Below are positions 37,326 to 49,299 of a stretch of DNA of 64,000 nt, piece by piece. Position 1 is the first letter of the stretch; every line of letters begins with the position of its first letter. The notes beneath the pieces are model-generated. The model made no database searches. It was not told the origin of the DNA and worked only from the letters and a program-made list of their open reading frames with translations. Both the position numbers and the translations under genes were made by a program. Origin of the DNA: Felis catus (taxonomy: Eukaryota); contig NC_058373.1 in NCBI RefSeq assembly GCF_018350175.1, positions 118,236,001 to 118,300,000 of the forward strand. The letters are read 5' to 3'.

Positions 37326-37817
37326 GTGAGTGCGGCCCTACCTGGCCAGGCTCCCAGCTTGGGAGCAGGGAATGGGGGATGGGGAATTCCCCAGGGTTTA
37401 GGACCAGGGAGGAGCCACCCCACCGCAGCTCAGAGCCCTGTCCCTGCGGGGAAGGCCAAAAACAATAAAGTTCCTTTAAAAGCGGATGGCACCTTGAAGG
37501 GGTCTAGTCAAGGTGCCCGGAGCTGCCCGCCAGGCTGCAGGGTGCAGTTTGCAGGAATGGCAACTTGCCACTGCCCTCCCCCCACCCAGTAGTCTTCCAG
37601 GGAGGAAGGAAGCGGAGGGGGCTGTGCTGGCACAAGCCAAGACGCAGGCTAGATGGCTCATCCCATCTGCAGTCTGCCTGGGACAAAGCGGGCTGCCCCT
37701 CAGCTTGACTGTTTGTGCTTCGAGGTTTGTGGGTGCCGGTCATTCCTCCTTGCTGGGGGCTGGCATCCAGGGCAAGGATGGCCAGCAGACCTCTCTGAGA
37801 TGATCAACGTCCTGAAT

Positions 37818-37987
37818 CTGTGCTGTCCCGTAAGATAGACACTTGGTTACCGAGTGGCTACACGTGGCTACCGAGCACATGACATGTGGCTAGTGCAGCT
37901 GAAGAACTGTTTTTTCTTTGATTTGATTTCTTTAATTAACTTAAATAGCCACACGAGGCTCATGGATACTGCATTAGTGCAAATTTA
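37818..37987. mobile_element. MER3-like hAT-Charlie fossil
   Basis: ctgtgctgtcc...catgtggctagtgcagctgaagaactg...ttaaatagccacac. Confidence 0.65.
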
Positions 37988-39622
37988 GAGGACACGGGAG
38001 CCCACTGGTGATCAGTGTAGCTGTTTTGTTAATAGGGCCCGAAGAACAGCTTCCTGGAGAGCAAACCTGGGGGCCTGAGGTTATATGAAAAATCTTCTAG
38101 ATGGCAGGACAAACCTCCAGGAGAGGAGGGGCCACAGAGCTGGGCTTGGTCCTGGGAGCTGCTCCTGCCAAGCTTCTGCTGACATTGACTGGGTGGAAGG
38201 CACGGAAGCAGCCAGGTCCCATCCTGCCCCTGGAGAGCTCTTTGCTAGGGGGACCCCCACATCCCTGTCCACCGTCTGTGAGACAGGCAGTCCCTGGGGA
38301 AGGAGGGGAAATGCCGCCTCTGTAGAGTGTGAGTCAAGGATGAGAAGGGGTAGGGCCAGGCAGCATGGGCCACAGAGTGATGGGTGGGCTAGAGGCCACC
38401 TGCCCACGGCCACCTCTGCCACTCCATGGTCCTTGCTCCCTAAATGTCACACCATGAGATCCTTGGCACAGGCTTTCTCTGGTGCCTGGGCATGAAGCCA
38501 TCATCGCCCAGGTGGAGGGGCTATGTTGTCAGAGTCAAGGCCCCAGGAGGAAACCCAGAGCCACCCCCTAACAATTGTGTGACCGTAACCAAATCATCAG
38601 GCCTTAGATTCCCTTTAATTGGGGGTTATAATACCCACCCTCAGGTTCCTGTGCAGGTGAAGTGAGTCAAGGTGCACAAAACGACCTGGGTCCTATTAGG
38701 TGCTTTCTGTCTTAGGAACACCTGAGCAACCTTTTCCTGCCTCCTCCTCCCCACACCATGTGAGCTCAGGTGGGGCCTAGAACTCTCCTCCGCCCCTCCA
38801 CTGCACGCACCCAGCTCAGCTGCCTCCTATTTCTGGCCTCAGCCAAGGGCAGAGCCACCACGGGGTCCCCGAGTGCTTCTTGGCTCTTCTCAGTGCTGAC
38901 AGGGGTTGGGGATGAATAAAGCGGATATGCACCCTGGCCATCACGCCCAGTCACTGCCTGCCAACCCCAGGCTGGTCAGGAGTGGTTTCCTCTGTCTCTG
39001 TTTCCACCCACTCACACCTTCTCTCACCCCCACCCCTGCACGGCACAGCACAGCCCTGGGAAGAGCGCAGCAGGAAAGGGGGCCCCTGAGTTGCCCTGGG
39101 AGGAGGAAGTCAGAGCAGGAGAGACTGGGTACTGAGAGCAGGAGCAGGTGAGGACAGGCCAGCAGGAGGACGGGCTGGACCCGCTTATTCTGGCTCCACA
39201 CCATCAGCTTGTGGTTTGAGTAATTATAGAGAAACAAAACATGCCTGTGCTGCCCGTGGCTGAAGCCAAATGTGCTTTCGTTCCTCGGGGAGACAGTGTG
39301 GAGGGGTAGGTAGCCCGGCTCTAAGATCTGGCAGGCTTGGTCCCTCCCTCCCATCTGCCGGGCAAGTGGATGTCTGCTTCGTGGGTGCTGGGCACAGGAG
39401 GCCAGGGCCTGCTTGCAGTAGGGCTTTTGGCCCCTTATGGTGAAAGCCGGCGAGTTCTGTAAATGAATGTTCGGGGTGCCTGGTGTTCTTGCCGAGTCCT
39501 TGAAGGGCCTGGCTCCCAAGGTGAGATCGGGGAATGTTTTTAGGCAAGGGTCCTCTGGGGAGCCCCAGTGCCCTTGTGGGGGGCTGAGTGACTCACACTC
39601 CTCTGCGTGTCTTTTCCTCCAG

Positions 39623-39738
39623 GCTCCCAAGGTGAGGCGGCAGAGTGACCTCTGGGGCCCCTGGGGCAGCTGGGGCCCCTGCAGCCGGACCTGCGGAGGG
39701 GGCATCAGCTTCCGGGAGCGCCCCTGCTACTCCCAGAG
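39623..39738 (+). CDS. PAPLN: PAPLN exon, TSP1 repeat 1
   Basis: [39 protein letters not shown]; ag/gt flanks; 116 nt. Confidence 0.95.
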
Positions 39739-40579
39739 GTAGGGGAGGCTGGCCGGGGCCAGCCTGTTAGAAGAGGGCAGGGGGCAGGCTGGTCGGGGAG
39801 TCCGCTGGTCCTGAGCAATAGGTTTGTCCTGGGAGCAGCATCGGTGGAATATTTGGAATCAAGTCCATTTCCCACATACGTACACTCTGATTCCAACAAT
39901 CAACCTGATTTCAGGGGAACTAGAGACAGGCCTGCCTCACGTGCCCGAGTCTCTAGTTCCTAATGCTTCCGGTGGCAGGTGTCGTAAATTCTTGGTGAAT
40001 TACTGAACGATCTTCAACAATTGCTAACCTGTGCATTTTCTCCACCGGCAGCCTCTTTAAGTATACGTGTCTCCCGCTTTAATAAGTGAGGGATCAAGCG
40101 CCTATGTGCCCTGCGCTCTGATAGGTGCCATGGCGGGTGGGGCACAAAACAAGGGGGTGACCCTTTGCCTGTTGGTGGGTTACCTCACTCTTCCTGAGAA
40201 CCTTGCGTGAAGAGGAAGAGAGACATGAGCTATTATTCTAAGCACCTTATGCTCATATACACCTTAAATGGCAGAAAAACCTTACCAGATGTGCATATAT
40301 TCCGTCTTATTTTATCTCCAAAGGCAGAATTGGGGTCTTCTTTGGAAATCTGCTTTATGAGGCCAAGTAGCCCTGAGTTAGAGAAAGTCCAGAATAGGCT
40401 GCTGAGTCCAGCTTCTTCCAAGTATAAACTCGGGGCTCATTACACCTACCTGGGGGAACCTGTGCGTGCACAGGCATCCCTCCTCTGTCCAGCGGGGCCT
40501 GCGGGGGAGCCCCAGGAGGAGGAGGGGGTGTTGGTTGGCGGGGTCCGGCCTTCCCGGTGCGGTGCGTTCTCATCCTCAG

Positions 40580-40640
40580 GACAGACGGAGGCTCCAGCTG
40601 CGTGGGCCCTGTCCGGAGCCACCGTTCTTGCCACACTGAG
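40580..40640 (+). CDS. PAPLN: PAPLN exon
   Basis: [20 protein letters not shown]; 61 nt. Confidence 0.94.
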
Positions 40641-40895
40641 GTAAAGCTCTGGGACCCCCCTACCCGGCTGACCTCCCAGTCCCCGGGGCGTCCTCCCACT
40701 GGTGCACAGCCTGGGCTGCGGGAAGCCCCTTCCTCACCCCACACCGCAAATGACAGCCTCCCCTCCAGCAGTCCAAAGCCCCAGCAAGGAGGTGCTCTGG
40801 AGCTGCACCAAGCAGCAAGGAGGTGTGGGGTCGGGGGGGGGGGGGGAGGAAGCGCCCACCTGCCCCTCCCTTCCCTGCTGGCCCCCCCCCCGCAG

Positions 40896-40998
40896 AGCTG
40901 CCCCACCGGTGCCAGGGACTTCCGGGCCGAGCAGTGTGCCCAGTTCGACGGCCAGGACTTCCAGGGAAAGCGTTACAAATGGCTGCCCTACTACGGGG
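40896..40998 (+). CDS. PAPLN: PAPLN exon, ADAMTS Cys-rich
   Basis: [34 protein letters not shown]; 103 nt. Confidence 0.95.
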
Positions 40999-41260
40999 GT
41001 GAGTGGCGGTCCTCCGCACCGGGGCCCCTGCTGCTGCACCCCGCCTTGCTCTGCACTGCGCCCCGCCTGTTTGGGATCTCCTCCGTACATTGATCTTCCA
41101 TCACACAATTCCTACCACCATTTTACAGACGCTCTGTCGAATACATTAAACAACAACAACAACCTTACGGTGCCACCGTTCTCCTGGCGTGTGCCCACTG
41201 CAGCACAGCAGCCGGGGTCATTTTGAGGTCTCTCCATCCTTTTTTCCATCTCTGTTTTTC

Positions 41261-41464
41261 AACGTTTATTTATTTTTTTGGGACAGAGAGAGACAGAGCA
41301 TGAACGGGGGAGGGGCAGAGAGAGAGGGAGACACAGAATCGGAAACAGGCTCCAGGCTCTGAGCCATCAGCCCAGAGCCCGACGCGGGGCTCGAACTCAC
41401 GGACCGCGAGATCGTGACCTGGCCGAAGTCGGACGCTTAACCGACTGCGCCACCCAGGCGCCCC
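41261..41464 (-). mobile_element. Young SINEC_Fc-type SINE
   Basis: CpG-intact; TSD TCCATCTCTGTTTTTC at 41245-41260 and 41465-41480. Confidence 0.95.
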
Positions 41465-42026
41465 TCCATCTCTGTTTTTCAAACAAAGCCATGAAGGCCA
41501 CGTCCTTGCCATGTGAAGCGCGGCTTTGTTTGGCCTGCTCCAGAAGTATTCCTCATGGTGCACAGAGGTCCTCAAGGTGCACAGAAGCCTTGGGGAGGAG
41601 GAGGGCTGGTAGGGTGGGTCCATGTTTGGGCCAACTGCAGGCTGGGGCTGCAAGGGGCTTGGTATGGCAAGAGTCCATTTACTCAGGATCTCTGGCCCCC
41701 AAGGGCTTGCTCTGAAGAGCTTTGGGGAGAGTGGTTAATTTTTAGAGCAATACGGTTTCAGAAAAAACACTTGTAGGTAATTAAAACATTTTAGAGGCGT
41801 CAGAAGATTCCTTAGGCTAATGCTGAGTGTTAGTTTTCACTGCCCATTGCAAATGACTCCTGGGAAGTATGGTACTCTGGATTCCGAATCAATGAGCGTT
41901 TATATCCTGTGTGTACCAAGGGATGGGGAAGAGGGTCTTGGCTAGAGGAGTGGCCCCAGGGGAGCCTGTTGACATTCTTTGCTCTGCCTGGATAATTTAA
42001 ATGTATCCGTATTATAGAAAAATAAG

Positions 42027-42212
42027 GGGGCACCTGGGTGGCTCAGTCGGTTAAGCGTCCAACTCTTGATTTCAGCTCAGGCTGTGGGCTTGCGGTTTGT
42101 GAGTTCGAGCCTTGCAGCAGACTCTGTGCTGACAGCGTGGAGCCTGCTTGGGATTCTCTGTCTCCCTCTGTGTCTCTCTCAAATGTTTACAAAAATTTTT
42201 AAAAAGAAAAAA
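42027..42212 (+). mobile_element. CAN-SINE
   Basis: Typical head and tail. Confidence 0.88.
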
Positions 42213-42419
42213 ATTGGAACACAGAGGAAAGGTTAGAAAGGGTCATGCAAGGGATGCCTTCTTTGGTGTTTCACAGGATTGGTCTAACATTCCATTTTAG
42301 CATTTTTCACATTATTTTCTCTGTATACATTTACGCATTTATAATTATTACATAGCACCATTTTGCATCGTGTGTTATAAGCATCTTCGCACGTTACCGC
42401 ATAGTCCTTGTAATTCTTT

Positions 42420-42642
42420 TTTTTTTTTAATGTTTTTTTCAACGTTTATTTATTTTTGGGACAGAGAGAGACAGAGCATGAACGGGGAAGGGGCAGAGAG
42501 AGAGGGAGACACAGAATTGGAAGCAAGCTCCAGGCTCTGAGCCATCAGCCCAGAGCCCCACGCGGGGCTCGAACTCCCGGACCGCGAGATTGTGACCTGG
42601 CTGAAGTCGGACGCTTAACCGACTGCGCCACCCAGGCGCCCC
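42420..42642 (-). mobile_element. Young SINEC_Fc-type SINE
   Basis: TSD TAGTCCTTGTAATTCTTT. Confidence 0.95.
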
Positions 42643-42996
42643 TAGTCCTTGTAATTCTTTATAGCAAAGTCAACGTGCATAGTATTCTATGAATAATTTC
42701 CTTAGAATAGCTGACTGTTAACCCATGGGCTTGTCTATAAGGATGAGGTAGACCTCTTCAAGTGGCTGGCTTTTTATCTTGGGGTTTTTCTTCAACTTGA
42801 TCCCCAGGAATGCAGCAGTTTTGTGGCCGTCCCTTCTCCCTGGGGTGGGGCGGGGTTCTGAGCCACTGGGGGAACTGCTGCAAGGGCTTTCTCTCTCTGC
42901 CATCTGTGTGATTCTGGCCCCTGCCCATGCTTCCCTGTTCCTAGGGTAGGACTTGGTGCTTGCCCGGGGTCTCAGCTTTTCCCTTTGCCTGCTCAG

Positions 42997-43127
42997 CCCC
43001 GAACAAGTGTGAACTGAACTGCATTCCCAAGGGGGAGAACTTCTACTACAAGCACAGGGAGGCTGTCGTGGACGGGACGCCCTGCGAGCCTGGCAAACGG
43101 GACGTATGTGTGGAGGGCAGCTGCCGG
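42997..43127 (+). CDS. PAPLN: PAPLN exon, ADAMTS Cys-rich
   Basis: APNKCELNCIPKGENFYYKHREAVVDGTPCEPGKRDVCVEGSCR; 131 nt. Confidence 0.95.
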
Positions 43128-43875
43128 GTGAGTTGCGCCTCTGCCCACCTCCCACCTGCTCCCTGCCTCCCCCCATGCTGCCCATCCTGGCCTTGGGCTT
43201 ATTGAAGGATGTCCCCTGCCCCACGCCAGCAGGGCCAGTGGCTCTCATGAGCTTGATGTCTTACCATGACCAGCTTCTAAGGTGTCTTTGCATTGTAGAT
43301 GCCCTAGGACCTTTTAACTTTGCCCTTTGAAAACTTGAGCACCGGGATAAGAGCAACCCTCTGGGTGGCAAGTTACAGAAGCCCAACTAAAACTGACAAA
43401 GGGTGGGGGGGAGCCATCGGGGGATGGGCTGGCGACTTCAGGTGCCTGGATGAGATTGCTGGAAACGTGAGGTGTGTACGTGGCCACCAGCAGCTCCAAG
43501 CTCTGGCTGGAGAGGGTGCCCTCTTTCCAGGAGTTCCAGTGAGCTGGGGCTCCCTCTGATTTGTCTTGGCTCGGGGCGTCCCGTGAACCACTCTCTTTGA
43601 GCAAGGCGTAGAACCTGCTGATTTGCCCACACCCACCGCTGGGGGGCTCTGTCCACACTGTGGGAAATGAGGTGTTGTTGCCAGAGGAGGGGAGACGGGT
43701 GCTGAGCCGGCAGAAGAGGTAGATGGCCGGCCACAGGCTACATCCAATGCTTACTCGGCCTCAATGGCTGATGAGTACTCACTGCTCTTCCCTGATCTGA
43801 CCAGCGACCAGCATTTGGATCCTGGTGTATCTGTGACTCCCCCTGGTCTTTTTCATCTCCTCCTCTGCCCGGTAG

Positions 43876-43999
43876 GCCGTTGGCTGTGACCACAACCTAG
43901 ACTCATCAAAGGAGGAGGACAAGTGTCTGCAGTGTGGGGGTGACGGCACCACCTGCTACCCCGTCACAGGCACCTTTGATGCCAATGACCTCAGCAGAG
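43876..43999 (+). CDS. PAPLN: PAPLN exon
   Basis: AVGCDHNLDSSKEEDKCLQCGGDGTTCYPVTGTFDANDLSR; 124 nt. Confidence 0.95.
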
Positions 44000-44365
44000 G
44001 TGGGGGTTCTCTAGGGGCCCACAGGCCGTTGAGACGAGGGTGTGTTGCCTGTCCCTTCCTCTCCTGCCTTCCATTCCATCCGAGTAACCCTCATGGCACT
44101 GGGAGGGTCCAATCTGGCAAGTGTGATCTCACACTGCCACCAGCTGGATGCCCCTGCTCAACCCTCCCCCACGGTCCCCATTTCCTCCTCCCTCCCCCCA
44201 AATCCCCAGTCAGTTTGGGTGCCCAAGCCTGCCGACCCTTCTCACCTTTGCGGGGCCACTTTCCCTTCTGGAGGACTCTTCCCCAAGCTGCCCAGCCCTG
44301 CCTGTCCCTGACCCCGTCTGTGCTGCCGGGGCATGGGTGGGCCCAGAGTATCCTTGCCCCTGCAG

Positions 44366-44446
44366 GCTACAACCAGATCCTCATAATTCCCTCGGGGGCT
44401 ACCAGCATCCGGGTGGAGGAGGCGGCCGCCAGCAGGAATTTCCTGG
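44366..44446 (+). CDS. PAPLN: PAPLN exon, spacer domain
   Basis: GYNQILIIPSGATSIRVEEAAASRNFL; 81 nt. Confidence 0.95.
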
Positions 44447-44530
44447 GTGAGTGGTCCGGGGCGAGTCTGGGCTGTGGCAGGGCGGTGGGTCCTGCCCCAG
44501 CTGCTGACCGGGCGGCTCACCTCTGCACAG

Positions 44531-44703
44531 CGGTGAAGAGCATCCGTGGCGAATACTACCTCAACGGGCACTGGACCATCGGGGGTGCCTGGGCCCTGCC
44601 TGTGGCCAGCACCGTCCTGCACTATGAGCGAGGGGCCGAGGGGGACCTGGCGCCTGAGCGGCTCCTGGCTCGTGGCCCCACCTCAGAGCCCCTAGTCATT
44701 GAG
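44531..44703 (+). CDS. PAPLN: PAPLN exon, spacer domain
   Basis: AVKSIRGEYYLNGHWTI...GPTSEPLVIE; 173 nt. Confidence 0.95.
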
Positions 44704-44823
44704 GTGAGGGGCTGCCAGGGAGCGGGGCCATCTGCTCCCCGAGAGGCGAGGTGGGGGCCACTGTCCTGCTGATGAAGAGGGATCCCACTGGGGGCAGGCC
44801 TCAGTGAGGACCCTCCCGCACAG

Positions 44824-44947
44824 CTCCTCAGCCAGGAGCCCAATCCAGGCGTGAGCTACGAGTACCACCTGCCCCTGGGCAGCCCCCGGCCCGGCTTCCA
44901 CTGGAGCCACGGCTCGTGGAGTGACTGCAGCACCGAGTGCGGTGGAG
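44824..44947 (+). CDS. PAPLN: PAPLN exon, spacer/TSP1
   Basis: LLSQEPNPGVSYEYHLPLGSPRPGFHWSHGSWSDCSTECGG; 124 nt. Confidence 0.95.
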
Positions 44948-45342
44948 GTGAGGGCAGCCCCGGGGAGACGGACATGTACGTGGGACATTTGCATGTCTTG
45001 GGGGTCACCTGGAGGAAACCCAGGGGTTGGGGACTCCATGAAGGGTCCCCCCCCTTCTAAGCTAAGAGAACCAAAGAAGGCTTCCCCAAGGTGGCAGCGG
45101 AGGCTGGGCTCGGAGCCGATGACCATGCATCGTGGTAGGGTTCCATCACCAGCAGATCATACTCCTCAAACCTCAGTTTCCTCATCTGTAAATTGGAGAT
45201 GATGATGGCACATATCCCAGGGGGTCAGCTGAGAATCAAGATGACACTTGGGGTGTGTCCAGAATGATGCCCAGCCCAGAGAATGCGTTTGGTGGAGGCT
45301 GACTGACCCCCCCCCCCGCCCACGATGGCCGGGCCTCTACAG

Positions 45343-45469
45343 GTCACCAGTCCCGCCCAGTGTTCTGCACCACTGACAACGAGGTCTACCCTGACCACAT
45401 GTGCCAGCCCCAGCTGCGGCCGACTGACCACCGCCCCTGCAGCACTCACCCCTGTCCGCAGACCAAGCG
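45343..45469 (+). CDS. PAPLN: PAPLN exon, TSP1
   Basis: GHQSRPVFCTTDNEVYPDHMCQPQLRPTDHRPCSTHPCPQTK(R); 127 nt. Confidence 0.94.
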
Positions 45470-45841
45470 GTGAGGCCTCTGCCAGCCCCCTCCTCCCATG
45501 GTGGGGCCCGGGCCCTTGGATAGGAAGGCAGTGTGGTCTCTAGGCCACTTGAGCAAACAGTTGGGTTAGTCCAGGTCTCCCTACAGCTGTGGCCAGAGGG
45601 GGGCAGAGGCAGCTGCCACGGGGGGAAAGCAGTAGAGGGGCACGGGCATGAGATCCAGGGCTGTTCTGTCCATTCATGTGTGCCCAGTGCTCAGAATGTC
45701 CAGGCCGGTGGTGGGAGAGTGGGGAAAGGTACTGGAGGCCCTGTCTGAGCCAGCAGGGGACTTGGCAGATGCCAAGAAGTGGGCCAGCGATCGGGCCAGA
45801 GGGCCTGTGGGCATCAGCCATGCCTTTGTTCACGCACCAAG

Positions 45842-45907
45842 GACCTCTTACCTGCACCAGCCCAGAGCATGGCACCTTGCTGGGGCCCAGCGTGCCTGCA
45901 GGAACAG
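45842..45907 (+). CDS. PAPLN: Candidate PAPLN alternative cassette exon (66 nt)
   Basis: caccaag|G ACC TCT TAC...AAC AG|gtaatc; phase 2-2, open, TSYLHQPRAWHLAGAQRACRN(S). Confidence 0.5.
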
Positions 45908-46452
45908 GTAATCTGCAGGCCACAGGCTCCCTGCCACGTTGGTGCAGTCCTTCCACTCTCATGGCCTTGGTGGCAGCTGGCCTCTCGGGATGGTGGTGGG
46001 CTTGGCTTTGCATGGGGCACTCGGGGCTGCCCTATCCTCTGGTCCTTGTGCCACAGGGCCGGGCGGTACCACTCCACGAGTGGGTGAGCACGACCCCTCT
46101 GGGAGATGCCCCAGTTAAGGTCAGATGCAGTGGCAATGGAGTCTGGCTGGGGACGACAGGGCACCTGGTGAGAAGGAGAAAGGGGGATCGAGTGAGGACA
46201 GGAAAGCTAAAACGGGCAGCTAGGCTCCGTGCTGTAGGGACCAGTGCTCGGTGGTGGGAGATGGCAAGTGGAGGGCTTGGCCTTTGGTGCAGAGCTTTCT
46301 GCCTCCCCTCCCCCCTGCACCTGTCAGGCCTAGATTGGGGCCGGGTTGGGGGATCCCCAGTCCACTCTGCGTGTGACAGCCGGTGCCAGCTTGGGCCTGG
46401 GCTCCGGCTCCTGCTGCTGGGCCAGCCTGACCGGATTCCTGCTCCCTGCCAG

Positions 46453-46660
46453 CTGGAAGACGGGGCCCTGGTCGCCCTGCTCAGCCTCCTGTGGCGGCGG
46501 CTCCCAGTCCCGCTCTGTCTACTGCGTCTTGTCCGATGGGGCCGGCGTCCAGGAGGCCACTGAGGAGGCCGGGTGTGCAGGCCTGCCCGGGAAGCCCCCC
46601 ACTGTGCGGCCTTGCAACCTGCAGCGCTGTGCATCCTGGAGCGCGGAGCCCTGGGGAGAG
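46453..46660 (+). CDS. PAPLN: PAPLN exon, TSP1
   Basis: WKTGPWSPCSASCGGGSQSRSVYC...CNLQRCASWSAEPWGE; 208 nt. Confidence 0.95.
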
Positions 46661-47242
46661 GTGAGGCCCCTGCCTAGAAGGGGCCGGGGTGGGGGTGGAG
46701 GGAGGGGAGGAAATCAGGTGCTGGGCCTTGGGGGCCTGGGCGGCAGCAGAGTCTGACTGGGAGCCTTCTCCTCTGCTGGGGAAATAGATCCGGGGAGGTA
46801 AAGTGACCTGCCAGGCGGTCTTGGGAGCTGTGGCCAAGGTGGGGGCTAGGAGGAGCTTCTTGGACTCTTCCTCCTTCTCCAGGATCCCAGGCAGGGTGGG
46901 AAAGGCTTTGCCTTGGCACGAAGAAGCAGCTGAGCCCGTTGTTTGGGGATGAGGGAGGAGCTGGCACTGTCTGGGGCTGCTGGTCAGCTGCTTCTGGCAC
47001 GTATATATGTCCAACTCTCGAACGAGGGGATGTGGAAAATGTACCTAAGCTTGGTGTCAGCAGCCCTGGTGTAGGCTGTGTGGCCTCAGAAGAGTGACTC
47101 AGCCTCCCTGAGCCCGGGAACCGGACGTGGGCAGTAGAGTGCTGTCCGCCCTCCGTGCCCGGCAGGTGCGCCTCCAGCTGTCTGCCCTGGCGTGGCTCCT
47201 CCGGGCGAGGACGAGCTCCTGCTGACAGCCTGGTCCTTACAG

Positions 47243-47425
47243 TGTTCTGTCAGCTGTGGTGCCGGGATCCGGAAGCGGAGTGTCACTTGCCGGGGCGACG
47301 AGGGGTCTCTGCTCCAGGCGACAGCGTGCCCCTTGGAGGACCGCCCCCCCGTCTCTGAGCCCTGCGCGCATGAAGACTGTCCCCCCGTCAGCGACCAGGC
47401 CTGGCATGTGGGCGCCTGGGGTCTA
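47243..47425 (+). CDS. PAPLN: PAPLN exon, TSP1
   Basis: CSVSCGAGIRKRSVTCRGDEGS...QAWHVGAWGL; 183 nt. Confidence 0.95.
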
Positions 47426-47620
47426 GTGAGCACTTGCCTCCTTCCCTTCCATGGCTGCTGCCCAATCCCGGCCCCTTGGGTCTCTGACAGGTGGCCGGAC
47501 ACTTGACCATGCTTGGGTCTGACCTGCATTACCGGGCGTGTTCCCCCTCCCTTCCTTGTGGGGACCCCCAGCCTCAGGGTCTCTCTCCTTCTGTTTGCAC
47601 GCCTACCCCACGGGCCCCAG

Positions 47621-47762
47621 TGCTCCAAGAGCTGCAGCTCGGGCACTCGGCGTCGCCAGGTCGTCTGTGCCCTCGGGCCGCCCAGCCGCTGTGGGAGCCT
47701 GGCGCAGTCCAAGCCTGGGGAGGTGGAGCCCTGTAACACACAGCCCTGCCACCTTCCTCCAG
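47621..47762 (+). CDS. PAPLN: PAPLN exon, TSP1
   Basis: CSKSCSSGTRRRQVVCALGPP...CNTQPCHLPP; 142 nt. Confidence 0.95.
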
Positions 47763-49299
47763 GTGAGGACGGGGTGGGGGTGGAGGGGGTGTGGAGTGTG
47801 CCTGGCCTGACCTCTTTCCCCACCACGAACCAGCCAGCGCTTCCTAAGTGCCACCCGGGCACCGGTGGGGCTCCTGCGTCTCTGTCTGCTGAAGGCTTTG
47901 CCGCCCACAGCCTCTAACTCTGTGCAGCCCCGTGATCAGCCCGGTTTCCCCATCTGAGGCCGTGTCCCCATCCCACCCCCCAAAGCCCACGTAACTGCCG
48001 TCACTCTTGGGATTATTTCCTTGTGCCGCAGTGATTGCATACAGCTTGTCAGGCCTACTGGCTTCCTTAAGTTCCCCCCACCCCAGAACTTAGTTCTGGT
48101 TCCCCCCCCCCAGAACTTAGCACGAGGTGGGTACTCGGTAAATGTTTATCATCGAATGACTGCGTGATTGAGTACAGAGGAGGGAGGTGGTCCAGGAGAG
48201 CTTGTCCTCACACACTGCTCCTGCCCTTGTCTTCCCCTTCCCCTCCCCCCCATCCTGACCGGGAAAGATGTCCCAGGTACGAGTTGCTGCAGGACAAAGG
48301 GCCCAGAGGCCGGTACTTGCTCGGTGTGAGGACGGGATATTGAGGAAGAATGTGGGTTGGGGCTCAGCTGGGAGGAGGAGAGTGTGGGTGGCGGCCCCTG
48401 GTACCGTAGGAAGGTGTGTTTGGCCCTGACGTGCTAGTGGTGAGGGCCCCGTGAGCCACGATGGTAGACCTCCAAGGGAGGCCCCTGCCACGGTGACTAA
48501 GAGCAAGTTGTCTGGAGTTAGCAGCTAACCTGAGTTTTAGTCTCTACTCTCTGTTGCTGACCAGCCACGTGGCTCTGGGTGAGTGCCTCTCCTCTCTGAT
48601 TCTCAATTTGCCCACCCGTACAATGGGGTTAATAAGGGTGCTTTTCTTACGATGGTAACTTGGCACCGTGCCTGAACACACAGAGCTTGATAAGCAAAGG
48701 GTCGGAAGCAGTGGTGGTGAGGCCGTGGGGGGGCCCCTGGGCCAGGCTCCTGGGGTGCCTCGGCCTGGCCTGGCCTTTGTGGTGCATGAGCAGGAGGGCC
48801 CTCCAGCTCCTCTGAGTCCAGCCCCCTGGAACCACTGACACCTTCCTGGAAGAGGAGGCCCTGAGCCTGCCCCAGGGAGGCATTCACAGAGGTAGAAAGG
48901 AAGGAAACAGAAAGCATTTCAGGCCAGGCTGAAGTGCAAAAGAAATAACCTTCACTGCTACCTTTATAAAAATAATCTGTGTTCGTTGTAGAAAATTGGA
49001 AGATATTAGGAAAGCAGCATATAGACAAGTGGGATTGCCTCGATCCCATGCGTTAGTGCGATGAATCGAGTGTGTTTCCTTGTTTTGTGTGTGGGATTTT
49101 GTGCATGCTTTCCCCCCCTTACAGCCATTTGGTGTGTGAACGTTTTCTCATCTCCTGACTTCTCGACAGAAGTCCGTGATGGGCGGGAAGTTAGAACTTA
49201 GGTGGCTTCTGGGGTGTAGGTACCGTTACTAACGCTGCGGTGCTAACTGGTGTGCCCAGGGGAGTCCTGCGGAAGCCTGTGCTCCTTCTCTTTCTAGAG

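Noticed and set aside
45676..47862. ORFs of 200-295 aa in several frames
   Set aside because: Off-frame or antisense to PAPLN exons in GC-rich introns; no independent gene signal.
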